Shown here piece by piece: positions 1 to 8,628 of a DNA stretch of 34,356 nt (position 1 is the first letter of the stretch; every line of letters begins with the position of its first letter). The notes beneath the pieces were generated by a model, which worked only from the letters and a program-made list of their open reading frames with translations, made no database searches and was not told the origin of the DNA. Location: NCBI GenBank assembly GCA_964397145.1, contig CAYNIK010000001.1:1-34356 (forward strand). The letters run 5' to 3'. The position numbers were made by a program, and so were the translations under genes. The DNA is from an uncultured Limnohabitans sp. Its GTDB lineage: Bacteria; Bacteroidota; Bacteroidia; Cytophagales; Cyclobacteriaceae.

Positions 1-1224
1 TGGCCTGCTGATCCTGCTCAGGAAGCAAAAGCCCGAGAGTACAATGCCGCCTACTTTGATTACATGAAGGCTGAGCAATTTGTAGAAGCCACCAAGCCTT
101 TGAGTTGGTTGTTGGTGAATGTGCCCAATTTGAATGAGTCGATCTACATCCAAGGGGTGACCGTATACAAAGGTGCTGCCGATAAAACTACAGATGCTGC
201 GCAGAAGCGAGTTTACCAGGATAGTGTGATGGCCCTTTACAACAAGAGAGGAGAAATTTACAACAATCCTGTAAAGTGGATGGAGACCAAAGCCTATTAT
301 GGGTACTTGTTTTTCAGAAATGATAATTCCAAAATACCAGGTGTAGTTGCTGATTTTGAAAAGGCTTGGGAGCTTAAAGGATCACTTAATTTCCAGTTTG
401 TTCCGATGTATTTCGATTTGGTTGAAAAAAACTACTCCTTGAACAAAGCATACAGCCCAGAGCAAGTGTTGACTATCTTCGATAAGTCCAACAAGCTTTT
501 GGATGCTGCTGCGGCTTCTGGAAAGGATGTTACGGATTCAAAGGCTACTTTGGAGAATCTTTTGGTAAAAATGAAGTTGATCGACTGCGATTTTATTGAA
601 AATACCTTAGGAACAAAGTTGGCAGCAGATCCAACCAATGAAGAATTGGCAGAGCAAATCTTTACCTATTCCTTACAGTACAAGTGTATCTCGACCAAAG
701 CTTTCTTGGCTGCACTAGAGTTTAAAGATTCCAAGGCACCCACTTTCAAGACTTCGCAGGTAAGAGGAATGCTCTACATGTCTGCTGGCGACTTTGAAAA
801 GGCAGAACCTGTATTCGAGAAGGCAATGACTTTGGCTAGCACCAACAAAGAAAAAGGTGAAACCATGATGGAATTGGCCAAAATCTATGCGAGAGCAGGA
901 AAGAAATCTGCAGCAAGAACAGCGGCACGTGAAGCGGCAGGTCTTGACTCAGAATTGTCTTCTTCAGCATATGGTTTGATAGGTGATTTGTACATGTCAG
1001 CATACAATGATTGCAGAGGTGGTGAAAGCCGTGCTAAAGATTATGCAGTATTTATCGCAGCATACAATGCTTACCAGAAAGCAGGAGACTCAAGAGGTAT
1101 GGGTAGTGCGAGAGCACGATTCCCATCTAAGGAAGAACTCTTCACTGAAGGCTATTCACTTGGATCTTCAATAAGCACTGGTTGCTGGGTTGGGGAGACC
1201 GTCTCCCTATCTACTAGAGACTAA
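1..1224 (+). CDS. Tetratricopeptide-repeat (TPR) protein, 5'-truncated by window edge
   Basis: Frame 1 is open from base 1 (WPADPAQEAKAREYNAAYFDY) into the tracked ORF at 64. Helical TPR-like repeats are present (RGMLYMSAGDFEKAEPVFEKAM, ELAKIYARAGKKSAARTAAREA, AYGLIGDLYM). C-terminal FPSKEELF...GCWVGETV. Lies directly upstream of lptC. Confidence 0.8.
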   Translation, partial: WPADPAQEAKAREYNAAYFDYMKAEQFVEATKPLSWLLVNVPNLNESIYIQGVTVYKGAADKTTDAAQKRVYQDSVMALYNKRGEIYNNPVKWMETKAYYGYLFFRNDNSKIPGVVADFEKAWELKGSLNFQFVPMYFDLVEKNYSLNKAYSPEQVLTIFDKSNKLLDAAAASGKDVTDSKATLENLLVKMKLIDCDFIENTLGTKLAADPTNEELAEQIFTYSLQYKCISTKAFLAALEFKDSKAPTFKTSQVRGMLYMSAGDFEKAEPVFEKAMTLASTNKEKGETMMELAKIYARAGKKSAARTAAREAAGLDSELSSSAYGLIGDLYMSAYNDCRGGESRAKDYAVFIAAYNAYQKAGDSRGMGSARARFPSKEELFTEGYSLGSSISTGCWVGETVSLSTRD

Positions 1225-1244
1225 TTTTCAGTCCCCATTCATAG

Positions 1245-1270
1245 TAAAGGCAGCCTTAGGGCTGCCTTTA
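1245..1270 (+). terminator. Intrinsic terminator hairpin
   Basis: TAAAGGCAGCC-TTAG-GGCTGCCTTTA is a perfect 11-bp stem followed by T-rich sequence, 20 nt after the TPR stop. Confidence 0.8.
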
Positions 1271-1297
1271 TTCGTTTCTTCTCGTCAACTTTTCGGT

Positions 1298-1305
1298 TAT
1301 CTTTG
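1298..1305 (+). promoter_or_regulatory. Bacteroidota sigma-A -7 box (TAnnTTTG) for lptC
   Basis: TATCTTTG is an exact consensus match, 6 nt before ATG 1312. Confidence 0.6.
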
Positions 1306-1311
1306 TCGGTA

Positions 1312-1851
1312 ATGAACCGAGGGCTTCTTTTTTCTTTTTTTGTGATGATCTCTCTCCTTTCTTGCCGAGAGGGAGTGGACCCTAATTCCTTGCAGGTTTA
1401 TGAAGGGCCTGTAAATTCTGCCCAAAACATCCATATTTTACACAGCGACTCTGCAGTCTTGCGGTCGGAGATTACCGCTCCTAAGCAATTGGAGTTTGCC
1501 AATGGAAATTTGGAATTTCCAGAGGGAGTTGACATTCAATTTTTCAATTTGAATGGACAGCTAGAGACTACCATGCGTGCAGATAAGGGGTATTTTCTTC
1601 GAGATCAAAACCTCTACAAAGGGGAAGGTAATGTGCAAGTGAAAAATTTGCCCAAAGATCAACGTCTACAAACCGAGGAATTGTTTTGGAACCAAGCCGA
1701 ACGAAAAATATACACCGAAAAATTTGTGACCATTCAAGAGCGACAGACCTTGTTCAATGGAACGGGGATGGAAGCTGATGATGGCTTTTCTACTTATAAA
1801 TTAAAAAAAGTGAGGGATAGTCGAACACTTTTACCTGGGGAGGGACTATGA
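1312..1851 (+). CDS. lptC: LPS export periplasmic protein LptC (predicted lipoprotein)
   Basis: Beta-jellyroll-type motifs (EFPEGVDIQFF, MRADKG, GNVQV, LQTEELFWNQ, IYTEKFVTI, GTGMEAD) and N-terminal lipobox LLSC. ATG 1312 is preferred over TTG 1303, which lies inside the promoter box. Confidence 0.85.
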   Translation: MNRGLLFSFFVMISLLSCREGVDPNSLQVYEGPVNSAQNIHILHSDSAVLRSEITAPKQLEFANGNLEFPEGVDIQFFNLNGQLETTMRADKGYFLRDQNLYKGEGNVQVKNLPKDQRLQTEELFWNQAERKIYTEKFVTIQERQTLFNGTGMEADDGFSTYKLKKVRDSRTLLPGEGL

Positions 1852-2069
1852 AGTTACTGGACGCTATTCTCTTTTCTGTTGCCCTTGCGCTGATTGTGGT
1901 CGGGATCCACCAAACGATGGTGCTTGGAATTGGTTTTTCCTATTCTTTATTCATGTTTGCAGTCGGTCTTTTGTTCTGGTTTCAGCTACGCAGAAACAAG
2001 GCCCGTGAAAACAGGGATTCAACTCAACAAAATCAGGTGAAAACCACGAAAACCCGGAAAAAACGATAA
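1848..2069 (+). CDS. Small two-TM membrane protein with basic C-terminal tail
   Basis: ATGA overlap with the lptC stop, two hydrophobic segments, K/R-rich tail, and only 2 nt to the next ATG. Confidence 0.75.
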   Translation: MKLLDAILFSVALALIVVGIHQTMVLGIGFSYSLFMFAVGLLFWFQLRRNKARENRDSTQQNQVKTTKTRKKR

Positions 2070-2071
2070 TC

Positions 2072-3352
2072 ATGGACAACAACTATGTCGTATATGTCGT
2101 GATTTCGTTGATTTTTTCCGCATTTTTTTCGGGAATAGAAATCGCTTACATCTCTGCCAATAAGCTTCAAATTGAGCTTCAAAAAAAGCAGGGAATGTGG
2201 AGTGGAAGGGTGTTGAGTAAATTTTTGGCTAAGCCTGGGCAGTTTATTGGGACTACACTCATTGGCAATACGATCATGCTGGTACTGTATGGTACGTTTA
2301 TGGCCTTTTTGTTGGATGCTCCACTACGGAATTTGATTCCTGAGTCGCTCAACAATGAAGCAGTAGTTTTGATTTCTCAAACTGTTCTGTCTACCCTTTT
2401 GGTATTGATTACAGGTGAATTTTTACCGAAAAGCCTGTTTATGCTCGATCCCAATCGCATGCTAAACTTTTTTGCGCTACCCTTCTTGATCATTTATTCG
2501 GTCATGTATCCCATCGTGTGGTTGATTGTAGCCTTGTCCAAGGGATTTATCACACAGGTTTTGCGCTTGGAATACAATGAGGAAAAGCCCGTATTTACCA
2601 TAACAGACCTCAATTCCTTTATCAAGGATCAAATTGGCCAAAACCGGAATCCAGGAAATGTAGAAGTGGACTCCAAAATTTTCGACAATGCCATAGAGTT
2701 TAAGACCGTACGTATTCGAGAGTGCATGATCCCACGAACGGATATTGTAGCAGTGGAGGTGACAGACACCATTGAGGACTTGAAAAAAGTATTTGAAGAA
2801 AGTGGTCACTCCAAGGTGGTGGTCTACCGAGACACCATTGATGAAGTGATTGGCTATTGTCACCAGTTGGAGTTATTCAAAAAACCGAAATCCATTGAAG
2901 ACATCCTTACGCCCATCATCATTGCACCAGAATCAGCCTTGGCCAATGAATTGCTGATTCAGTTTATCCAGGAACGAAAAAGCCTTTCCTTGGTCGTCGA
3001 TGAGTTTGGTGGTACGAGTGGACTTGTCTCCATGGAAGACATCATCGAAGAGATTTTTGGGGAGATTGACGACGAGTACGACAACGAGGCGCTAACGGAA
3101 CAATTGATCGGCGAATTGGAATTTTTGCTCAGCGCTCGATTAGAAATTGATTACCTCAACGAGAAATATGGATGGAATTTGCCGGAAGGGGATTTCGAAA
3201 CCTTGTCTGGATTTATCCTTTCACAAACCGAAAATCTGCCTAATATAGGCGAAACCATCACCTACAGAAGGTTTACATTTACCATCGTGTCCAAGCAAGC
3301 CCATCGAATTGAAACTGTCCGTCTGAAAATCAGCGACTCAGATAATTTCTAG
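2072..3352 (+). CDS. Hemolysin/CorC (CNNM DUF21 + CBS pair + CorC_HlyC) family protein
   Basis: SAFFSGIEIAY, TTLIGN, GEFLPK, MIPRTDI, VVDEFGGTSGLVSMEDIIEEIFGEIDDEYD and ETLSGFI motifs. Confidence 0.92.
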   Translation: MDNNYVVYVVISLIFSAFFSGIEIAYISANKLQIELQKKQGMWSGRVLSKFLAKPGQFIGTTLIGNTIMLVLYGTFMAFLLDAPLRNLIPESLNNEAVVLISQTVLSTLLVLITGEFLPKSLFMLDPNRMLNFFALPFLIIYSVMYPIVWLIVALSKGFITQVLRLEYNEEKPVFTITDLNSFIKDQIGQNRNPGNVEVDSKIFDNAIEFKTVRIRECMIPRTDIVAVEVTDTIEDLKKVFEESGHSKVVVYRDTIDEVIGYCHQLELFKKPKSIEDILTPIIIAPESALANELLIQFIQERKSLSLVVDEFGGTSGLVSMEDIIEEIFGEIDDEYDNEALTEQLIGELEFLLSARLEIDYLNEKYGWNLPEGDFETLSGFILSQTENLPNIGETITYRRFTFTIVSKQAHRIETVRLKISDSDNF

Positions 3353-3438
3353 GACTGGACATTGTTGGGGCTGAAATTTTGAATTTCCCCCTGAAACATC
3401 TTATTTTGCACCACTTTAAATATAGCGAAGTAGCAACC

Positions 3439-5547
3439 ATGGCGTTAATTAAGCAAATTAGACAACGAACAGGTCTCGCAATCGGCGTAATTGCTGGCGG
3501 GTTAATTTTATTTCTTTTGGGAGGCGATTTATTAAGTCCTAATTCTTCCCTCCTCAATACCAACCAAAACATAGTTGGTGAGATTGCAGGTGAAGAAATT
3601 ACCCTGGAAGAGTTTTCCTTGAAAGTTGAAGAATACAAGGCTTCCTTTCAGCAGCGTACTGGCAGAGTTCCTGCTGAGGCTGAAATGGTGTCCGTACGTG
3701 AGCAAGCATGGCAAGCCCTGATCGTAGAGCGCGTGTTTGAAAAAGAATACGACAAGTTGGGATTAACCATCACGAGCCAAGAACTAATTGACATGGTTCA
3801 AGGGAAAAACATTGTTCCTGAACTTCGCGCACAATTGGTGAATCCTCAGACAGGTGAGTTTGACAAGACGCAGCTGATTACCTTTTTGCAATCTTTAGAA
3901 ACTGCAGATCCAGCACAGCAAGCGGCTTGGGCGCAGCAAGAAAAATTATTTGCTCAAGCAAGAAACCGTGTGAAATACGACAATTTGCTTGCAACCACTG
4001 AATACGCTACTACAGCAGAGGCGAAATTGGAGCACAAGTCAGCGAACACCATTGCCGACGCTTCTGTATTGTTCCTTCCGTACTACGTCATTCCTGATGG
4101 CGATATCAAGATTCAAGATGCTGAATTGGCAGATTACCTTGCCAAAAATCAAGAGAAGTTTAAAGTAGGTAATTCCGCTAACCTGGAGTACGTTTCGTTT
4201 AGCATTCAGCCAAGTGGGGAAGATTCCGCTGCCGTAATTTCTAGAATTACTGAGCTAACTGCAGCATTGAAGACTTCGGTAGAAGATTCTGCTTTTGTGA
4301 GTAAAAACTCAGAAATCCAGCAGCCTTTTCAGACCTTTGCGCCTGGGGACCAATTGCCTGTTTCTTTAACGACCAATGTGCCTCAGTTTGTAAAAGGAGA
4401 AACTTACGGTCCGTTTATTACGGCTAATTCTTCTTACGTATCCTACAAGGTAGCTGACCAATACGAAGGCACTCCAAAAATGAGAGCTTCTCATATCCTA
4501 TTCGGAACAGAAGGGATGGATGAGGCTGGTAAAGCAGCTGTAAAGGCACAAGCAGAAACAGTTCTTGCTGAAATCAAAACTACTGGCAATTTCGCAGATG
4601 CGGCGAGACAATATGGTCAAGATGGAACTGCGCAAAATGGTGGTGATCTGGGCTGGTTTGCGAAGGCAGACTTTGTGGAACCATTTGCTAATGCTACCTA
4701 TGCAGCCAAGTCCAAAGGCCTGCTTCCAAGCCTAGTAGAAACAGAATATGGCTACCACATCATTGAGGTGACTGAACTTCCTTCTTCTACTTACACCAAG
4801 TTGGCGGTATTGGAGCTTGAACTTGTGGCTTCAGACCTAACGCGTGATGAAGCCTTTAGAAATGCAGATGCATTTGTAGCTGAAAGCGGTAATCGTGATG
4901 AATTTACTGCGAATGCTACCGAAAAAGGATTCCGAATCATTCAGGCTAACAATGTAGATGCTACTTCCAGAAACTTGAACAACATCACGGATGCAAGACA
5001 GGTAATGATCTGGGCTTTTAGCGAAGCATCTGTTGGAGAAGTTTCCAAAGTATTTGAATTGAACGACTCCTACCTAGTTGCTTCTTTGGTAAGCAAAAAA
5101 GAAGAGGGAGAAGCGAAATTGGAAGACGTGAAGGATCAAGTAAAACAATTGGTTTTGAACGATAAGAAAGCAGCGCTGATCCAAGAGAAGTTGAAAGGCA
5201 AAACTACTTTGGAGCAAATGAAGTCAGTATTCCCTGAGGCTTCTATCAATGAGGTTCCAGGATTGCGTTTGAGTGATTCCGTGATTCCGGGTATCGGCTT
5301 TGCACCAAAAGCAATCGGAACGATCTTTGGCATGAAGGCTGCCGGTCAACTGACCAAGCCGGTGCAAGAAGACATTGGGGTCTTAGTGGCCAAGGTGAAT
5401 ACCTTGACACCAGCAGCAGCGATTGGAGATTATACTTCCTATCAAGCGCAACTAGCTCAAGGAGCTTCTCAGCGAATGACCTACCAAATCATGATGGCAC
5501 TTCAAGAACTTGCCAAAGTGAAGGATTATAGATACAAGTTCTTCTAA
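3439..5547 (+). CDS. PpiD-like SurA N-terminal domain / parvulin peptidyl-prolyl isomerase
   Basis: Start reassigned to ATG 3439 (MALIKQIRQRTG plus TM anchor). Parvulin motifs RASHILF, QDGTAQNGGDLGWF, VETEYGYHIIEV. C-terminal VKDYRYKFF. Confidence 0.88.
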   Translation: MALIKQIRQRTGLAIGVIAGGLILFLLGGDLLSPNSSLLNTNQNIVGEIAGEEITLEEFSLKVEEYKASFQQRTGRVPAEAEMVSVREQAWQALIVERVFEKEYDKLGLTITSQELIDMVQGKNIVPELRAQLVNPQTGEFDKTQLITFLQSLETADPAQQAAWAQQEKLFAQARNRVKYDNLLATTEYATTAEAKLEHKSANTIADASVLFLPYYVIPDGDIKIQDAELADYLAKNQEKFKVGNSANLEYVSFSIQPSGEDSAAVISRITELTAALKTSVEDSAFVSKNSEIQQPFQTFAPGDQLPVSLTTNVPQFVKGETYGPFITANSSYVSYKVADQYEGTPKMRASHILFGTEGMDEAGKAAVKAQAETVLAEIKTTGNFADAARQYGQDGTAQNGGDLGWFAKADFVEPFANATYAAKSKGLLPSLVETEYGYHIIEVTELPSSTYTKLAVLELELVASDLTRDEAFRNADAFVAESGNRDEFTANATEKGFRIIQANNVDATSRNLNNITDARQVMIWAFSEASVGEVSKVFELNDSYLVASLVSKKEEGEAKLEDVKDQVKQLVLNDKKAALIQEKLKGKTTLEQMKSVFPEASINEVPGLRLSDSVIPGIGFAPKAIGTIFGMKAAGQLTKPVQEDIGVLVAKVNTLTPAAAIGDYTSYQAQLAQGASQRMTYQIMMALQELAKVKDYRYKFF

Positions 5548-5561
5548 GTGATAAGCGAACT

Positions 5562-5597
5562 AAAAAAAACCCATGTCCAACAGACATGGGTTTTTTT
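5562..5597 (+). terminator. Intrinsic terminator
   Basis: AAAAAAAACCCATGTC-CAACA-GACATGGGTTTTTTT: stem plus T-tract after the PpiD-like gene. Confidence 0.88.
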
Positions 5598-5622
5598 GTG
5601 CCCTAATCTTCCTAGAAAGGAT

Positions 5623-5630
5623 TAATTTTG
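5623..5630 (+). promoter_or_regulatory. -7 box (TAnnTTTG) for the DUF493-phhB-rsmI-suhB unit
   Basis: TAATTTTG exact match, right after a terminator and 3 nt before ATG 5634. Confidence 0.5.
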
Positions 5631-5633
5631 AAC

Positions 5634-5900
5634 ATGAAATCGAACTTTGATCCCATCGCCTTCAAAGAAAAGTTAGAATCTTTCGGTACTTTTCCCATGC
5701 CTTACCTCTTTAAGTTTATTGTTCCTTTTGGGAAAGAGGGGGAAATAGCTGCCATTTTCCCAGGTGAAGAAGTGATCCTGAAGCCAAGTAGTGGAGGAAA
5801 ATACATCAGCACCACGATTCATAAGCAAGTAGCAAGTGCGGATCAAGTACTTGGCTTGTATGAAAAAGCGGCACAGATAGAAGGAGTAATTTCACTTTAA
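5634..5900 (+). CDS. DUF493 (YbeD-like) family protein
   Basis: FPMPYLFKFIVP, SSGGKYISTT and IEGVISL motifs. ATG 5634 is preferred over TTG 5628. Confidence 0.85.
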   Translation: MKSNFDPIAFKEKLESFGTFPMPYLFKFIVPFGKEGEIAAIFPGEEVILKPSSGGKYISTTIHKQVASADQVLGLYEKAAQIEGVISL

Positions 5901-5910
5901 TGGACATCCT

Positions 5911-6144
5911 ATGTGGACAGAAGAAACCAACCAATTGAAAAAAAGCTTCACCTTTTCTGATTTTACTGAAGCTTTTGCCTTCATGACTCGTGTCGCATTT
6001 TTGGCAGAAGCCCAACAGCACCATCCCAATTGGTCCAATGTGTACAATCGGGTCGATATAGCACTGACTACCCACGATGCCGGCAATGTAGTGACGGATA
6101 AAGACCGAAAATTGGCGCAAGCCATAGATCAGCTTCTAGCATGA
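5911..6144 (+). CDS. phhB: Pterin-4-alpha-carbinolamine dehydratase
   Basis: FSDFTEAFAFM, AEAQQHHPNWSNVYNRV and LTTHDAG...TDKDRKLA signature. Confidence 0.93.
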   Translation: MWTEETNQLKKSFTFSDFTEAFAFMTRVAFLAEAQQHHPNWSNVYNRVDIALTTHDAGNVVTDKDRKLAQAIDQLLA

Positions 6145-6908
6145 GCCAGACAAAGATTTCCTTGTTTTTGGTCCCCACCCCCATCGGTAACCTCCGGGAC
6201 ATCACCCTACGGGCTATCGATACCCTCCAGGCGGTGGATGTGATCTTAGCTGAAGATACACGTACCAGTGGCATGCTATTGAAGCACCTGCAGCTCTCCA
6301 AAAACCTGCAAAGCTACCATAGCTTTAACGAACACAAGGCTGTGGAAAAGTTGGTAGAGCGCATGAAAAAAGGAGAAACCTTTGCCTTAATCAGTGATGC
6401 GGGAACCCCGGCGATTTCCGATCCAGGATTTTTGCTCGTACGGGCGGTGCTTGCCGCGGGTCTGGAAGTGCAGTGCCTGCCTGGGGCTACTGCATTTGTT
6501 CCTGCCTTGGTGGCAAGTGGTCTGCCCAATGACCGTTTTGTGTTTGAAGGATTTTTACCCCATAAAAAGGGAAGAAAAACACGGATCGATGCACTTGTTG
6601 ACGAAACCCGTACGCTAATTTTTTACGAATCCCCACACCGCTTGCTCAAAACTCTAGAGCAACTTGCGGAAGCTTTCGGAGCCGATCGACAGGCGGCTGT
6701 AGCGAGAGAACTATCTAAATTGCATGAAGAAATCGCCCGTGGTACGCTGCTCGAACTCATGGAGTACTATCAGGTGAATCCCCTGAAGGGAGAAATCGTG
6801 CTCGTGGTGGCGGGCTGTGCGGAACAACGGGAGACCCGAGCTGAAAAGCAGGAAAAGAAGCAAGCGGAATGGAAAAAAGAAAAGAAATTCCGCAAGGAAG
6901 TAGACTAA
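6141..6908 (+). CDS. rsmI: 16S rRNA (cytidine1402-2'-O)-methyltransferase
   Basis: LVPTPIGNLRDITLRA, AEDTRTS, SDAGTPAISDPG, FEGFLP, YESPHRL, RELSKLHEE, KGEIVLVV. Confidence 0.96.
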   Translation: MSQTKISLFLVPTPIGNLRDITLRAIDTLQAVDVILAEDTRTSGMLLKHLQLSKNLQSYHSFNEHKAVEKLVERMKKGETFALISDAGTPAISDPGFLLVRAVLAAGLEVQCLPGATAFVPALVASGLPNDRFVFEGFLPHKKGRKTRIDALVDETRTLIFYESPHRLLKTLEQLAEAFGADRQAAVARELSKLHEEIARGTLLELMEYYQVNPLKGEIVLVVAGCAEQRETRAEKQEKKQAEWKKEKKFRKEVD

Positions 6909-6918
6909 ACCAATCGCT

Positions 6919-7722
6919 ATGCTGACCTCATCCCAACTCTCCCAGCTCTTGGACCAAACTCGCAAAATTGCCGAGGGGGTGGGAGCATTTATTGAAAAAG
7001 AGCGCCTTCATTTTTCCATGGATCGGGTGGAGCACAAGGGATTCAATGATTTGGTCTCTTATGTGGATAAAGAAGCCGAAAAGCTGTTGGTAGATCAGTT
7101 GCATGTCATTTTTCCAGAGGCAGGATTCATTACTGAAGAAGGAACCAATACCACCCAGGGAGAAGTATACAATTGGGTCATCGACCCCTTGGATGGGACC
7201 ACCAATTTTATTCATGGGCTCCCCACCTTTGCGGTCAGCATTGGCTTGTTGGAGCAGGATGAGGTCGTGCTTGGTGTAGTGTATGAGGTGAATCGGAAGG
7301 AGACTTTTTATGCCTACAAGGGTGGTGGAGCTTTTTGCAATGGAACCCCGCTACGGGTAAGCGCAGCCCCTACCTTGGCCGCATCCTTAATTTCCGCTGG
7401 CTTTCCCTATAACCGCCTTGATTTGATCGATCGGTACTTGATGATCAAGAAATCCTTAATGGAGAAGACCCATGGGTTGAGGCAACTCGGCTCGGCCGCA
7501 GTGGACCTTTGCTATGTGGCGGCAGGTAGGACAGAGGCCTATTTTGAATACAACCTCAACTCCTACGATGTGGCTGCTGGGGTGTTACTCGTACAAGAGG
7601 CCGGGGGCATGGTCACCGATTTTGTAGGAGGAAAGGACTATATTTTTGGGAGGCAGCTAGTTGCTACCAACCAATCCATCCACAAGGAGCTGTTGGAGGT
7701 AATTGCAGCGCACTGGAGCTAG
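6919..7722 (+). CDS. suhB: Inositol monophosphatase family protein (SuhB-like)
   Basis: DLVSYVDKEAE, TEE, WVIDPLDGTTNFIHG, RQLGSAAVDLCYVAAGR, YDVAAGVLLVQEAGG. Confidence 0.9.
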   Translation: MLTSSQLSQLLDQTRKIAEGVGAFIEKERLHFSMDRVEHKGFNDLVSYVDKEAEKLLVDQLHVIFPEAGFITEEGTNTTQGEVYNWVIDPLDGTTNFIHGLPTFAVSIGLLEQDEVVLGVVYEVNRKETFYAYKGGGAFCNGTPLRVSAAPTLAASLISAGFPYNRLDLIDRYLMIKKSLMEKTHGLRQLGSAAVDLCYVAAGRTEAYFEYNLNSYDVAAGVLLVQEAGGMVTDFVGGKDYIFGRQLVATNQSIHKELLEVIAAHWS

Positions 7723-8628
7723 TCAACCCAACACCACATACCAGGCCCATAAGCTAAGGGCAGACAAAGGAATCCCCAGTCCTGCGAATAAGGCTGCCAG
7801 TCGTGGCTCAAGTTCAAATTCCATAGCCATCAAGGATGCAGTAATCATGGGAGCCATGCCATTTTCTAACACAATCACTTTAAATTCCAAGCTAGTGGTG
7901 GGCATAATCGTCGCAAAAACTGTCCAAATAAGCGCTGGTGTAAGGATCAGGCGGTAGGCCAATCCAGCCCACAAGTACTTGGATTTGATCCAGTGTGCGT
8001 CCAAGGTGATGCTCAATCCGATGACTCCTAACCCTACTGCCGCGATGCTGCTTCCCAGCAACTCTAGCCAAGGAAAGAGGGAATTGGGAAGCGAAAGCTC
8101 CAGATAACTCATCAGCAGGCCAAGGAGTAAAAAGATAAATGGCGGGAATTGAATCATTTTGGTCAGGATACCTAGGGCTGATGCTTCCCCTTTGCCGTAC
8201 CTTGATCCCACTACCACAGCCACTGTACTTACAATCAAGAAAGACCCTCCTTGATCAATCAGAAAGGCGGTAGGCAAGCCTTCCTTTCCATACACTAGTT
8301 CCACGATAGGGAATCCCAAAAAAGAGGTATTGGCAAGACCACCTACCAAAATCAAGCATCCCGTCAAGCTATTTTTCCAACCGTATTTTTTTCCAAGAAA
8401 ACCTAGAATAGCCCAAGAGAGCAAAAAGCTCAGCCAAGCTGAAGAAGGTGCAAGCGCAAGGTCCCAAGAGAGTTTTAATGGCGGAATATGCACTAATGCC
8501 AGTGCGGGCAAGACCAAGTAAATGAGGTAGAATTTACCGAGTTGAGCTAGTTTTTTGGCAGGAAATCCAGGGAGGAATTGAAGAAAGAAACCACAAAAAA
8601 GACAGAAAATTGCGATCCAAAGTCCCAT
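7723..8628 (-). CDS. AEC (auxin efflux carrier / Mem_trans) family transporter
   Basis: About 10 hydrophobic segments; YLVLPAL, ANTSFLGFPIV..YG.EG, FPPF and ENGMAPMITA motifs. Confidence 0.88.
   Translation of the reverse strand: MGLWIAIFCLFCGFFLQFLPGFPAKKLAQLGKFYLIYLVLPALALVHIPPLKLSWDLALAPSSAWLSFLLSWAILGFLGKKYGWKNSLTGCLILVGGLANTSFLGFPIVELVYGKEGLPTAFLIDQGGSFLIVSTVAVVVGSRYGKGEASALGILTKMIQFPPFIFLLLGLLMSYLELSLPNSLFPWLELLGSSIAAVGLGVIGLSITLDAHWIKSKYLWAGLAYRLILTPALIWTVFATIMPTTSLEFKVIVLENGMAPMITASLMAMEFELEPRLAALFAGLGIPLSALSLWAWYVVLG

Noticed and set aside
3379-3438. 20-aa N-terminal extension of the PpiD-like ORF from TTG 3379
   Set aside because: It runs through the probable promoter region. ATG 3439 gives the expected basic N-terminus plus TM anchor.
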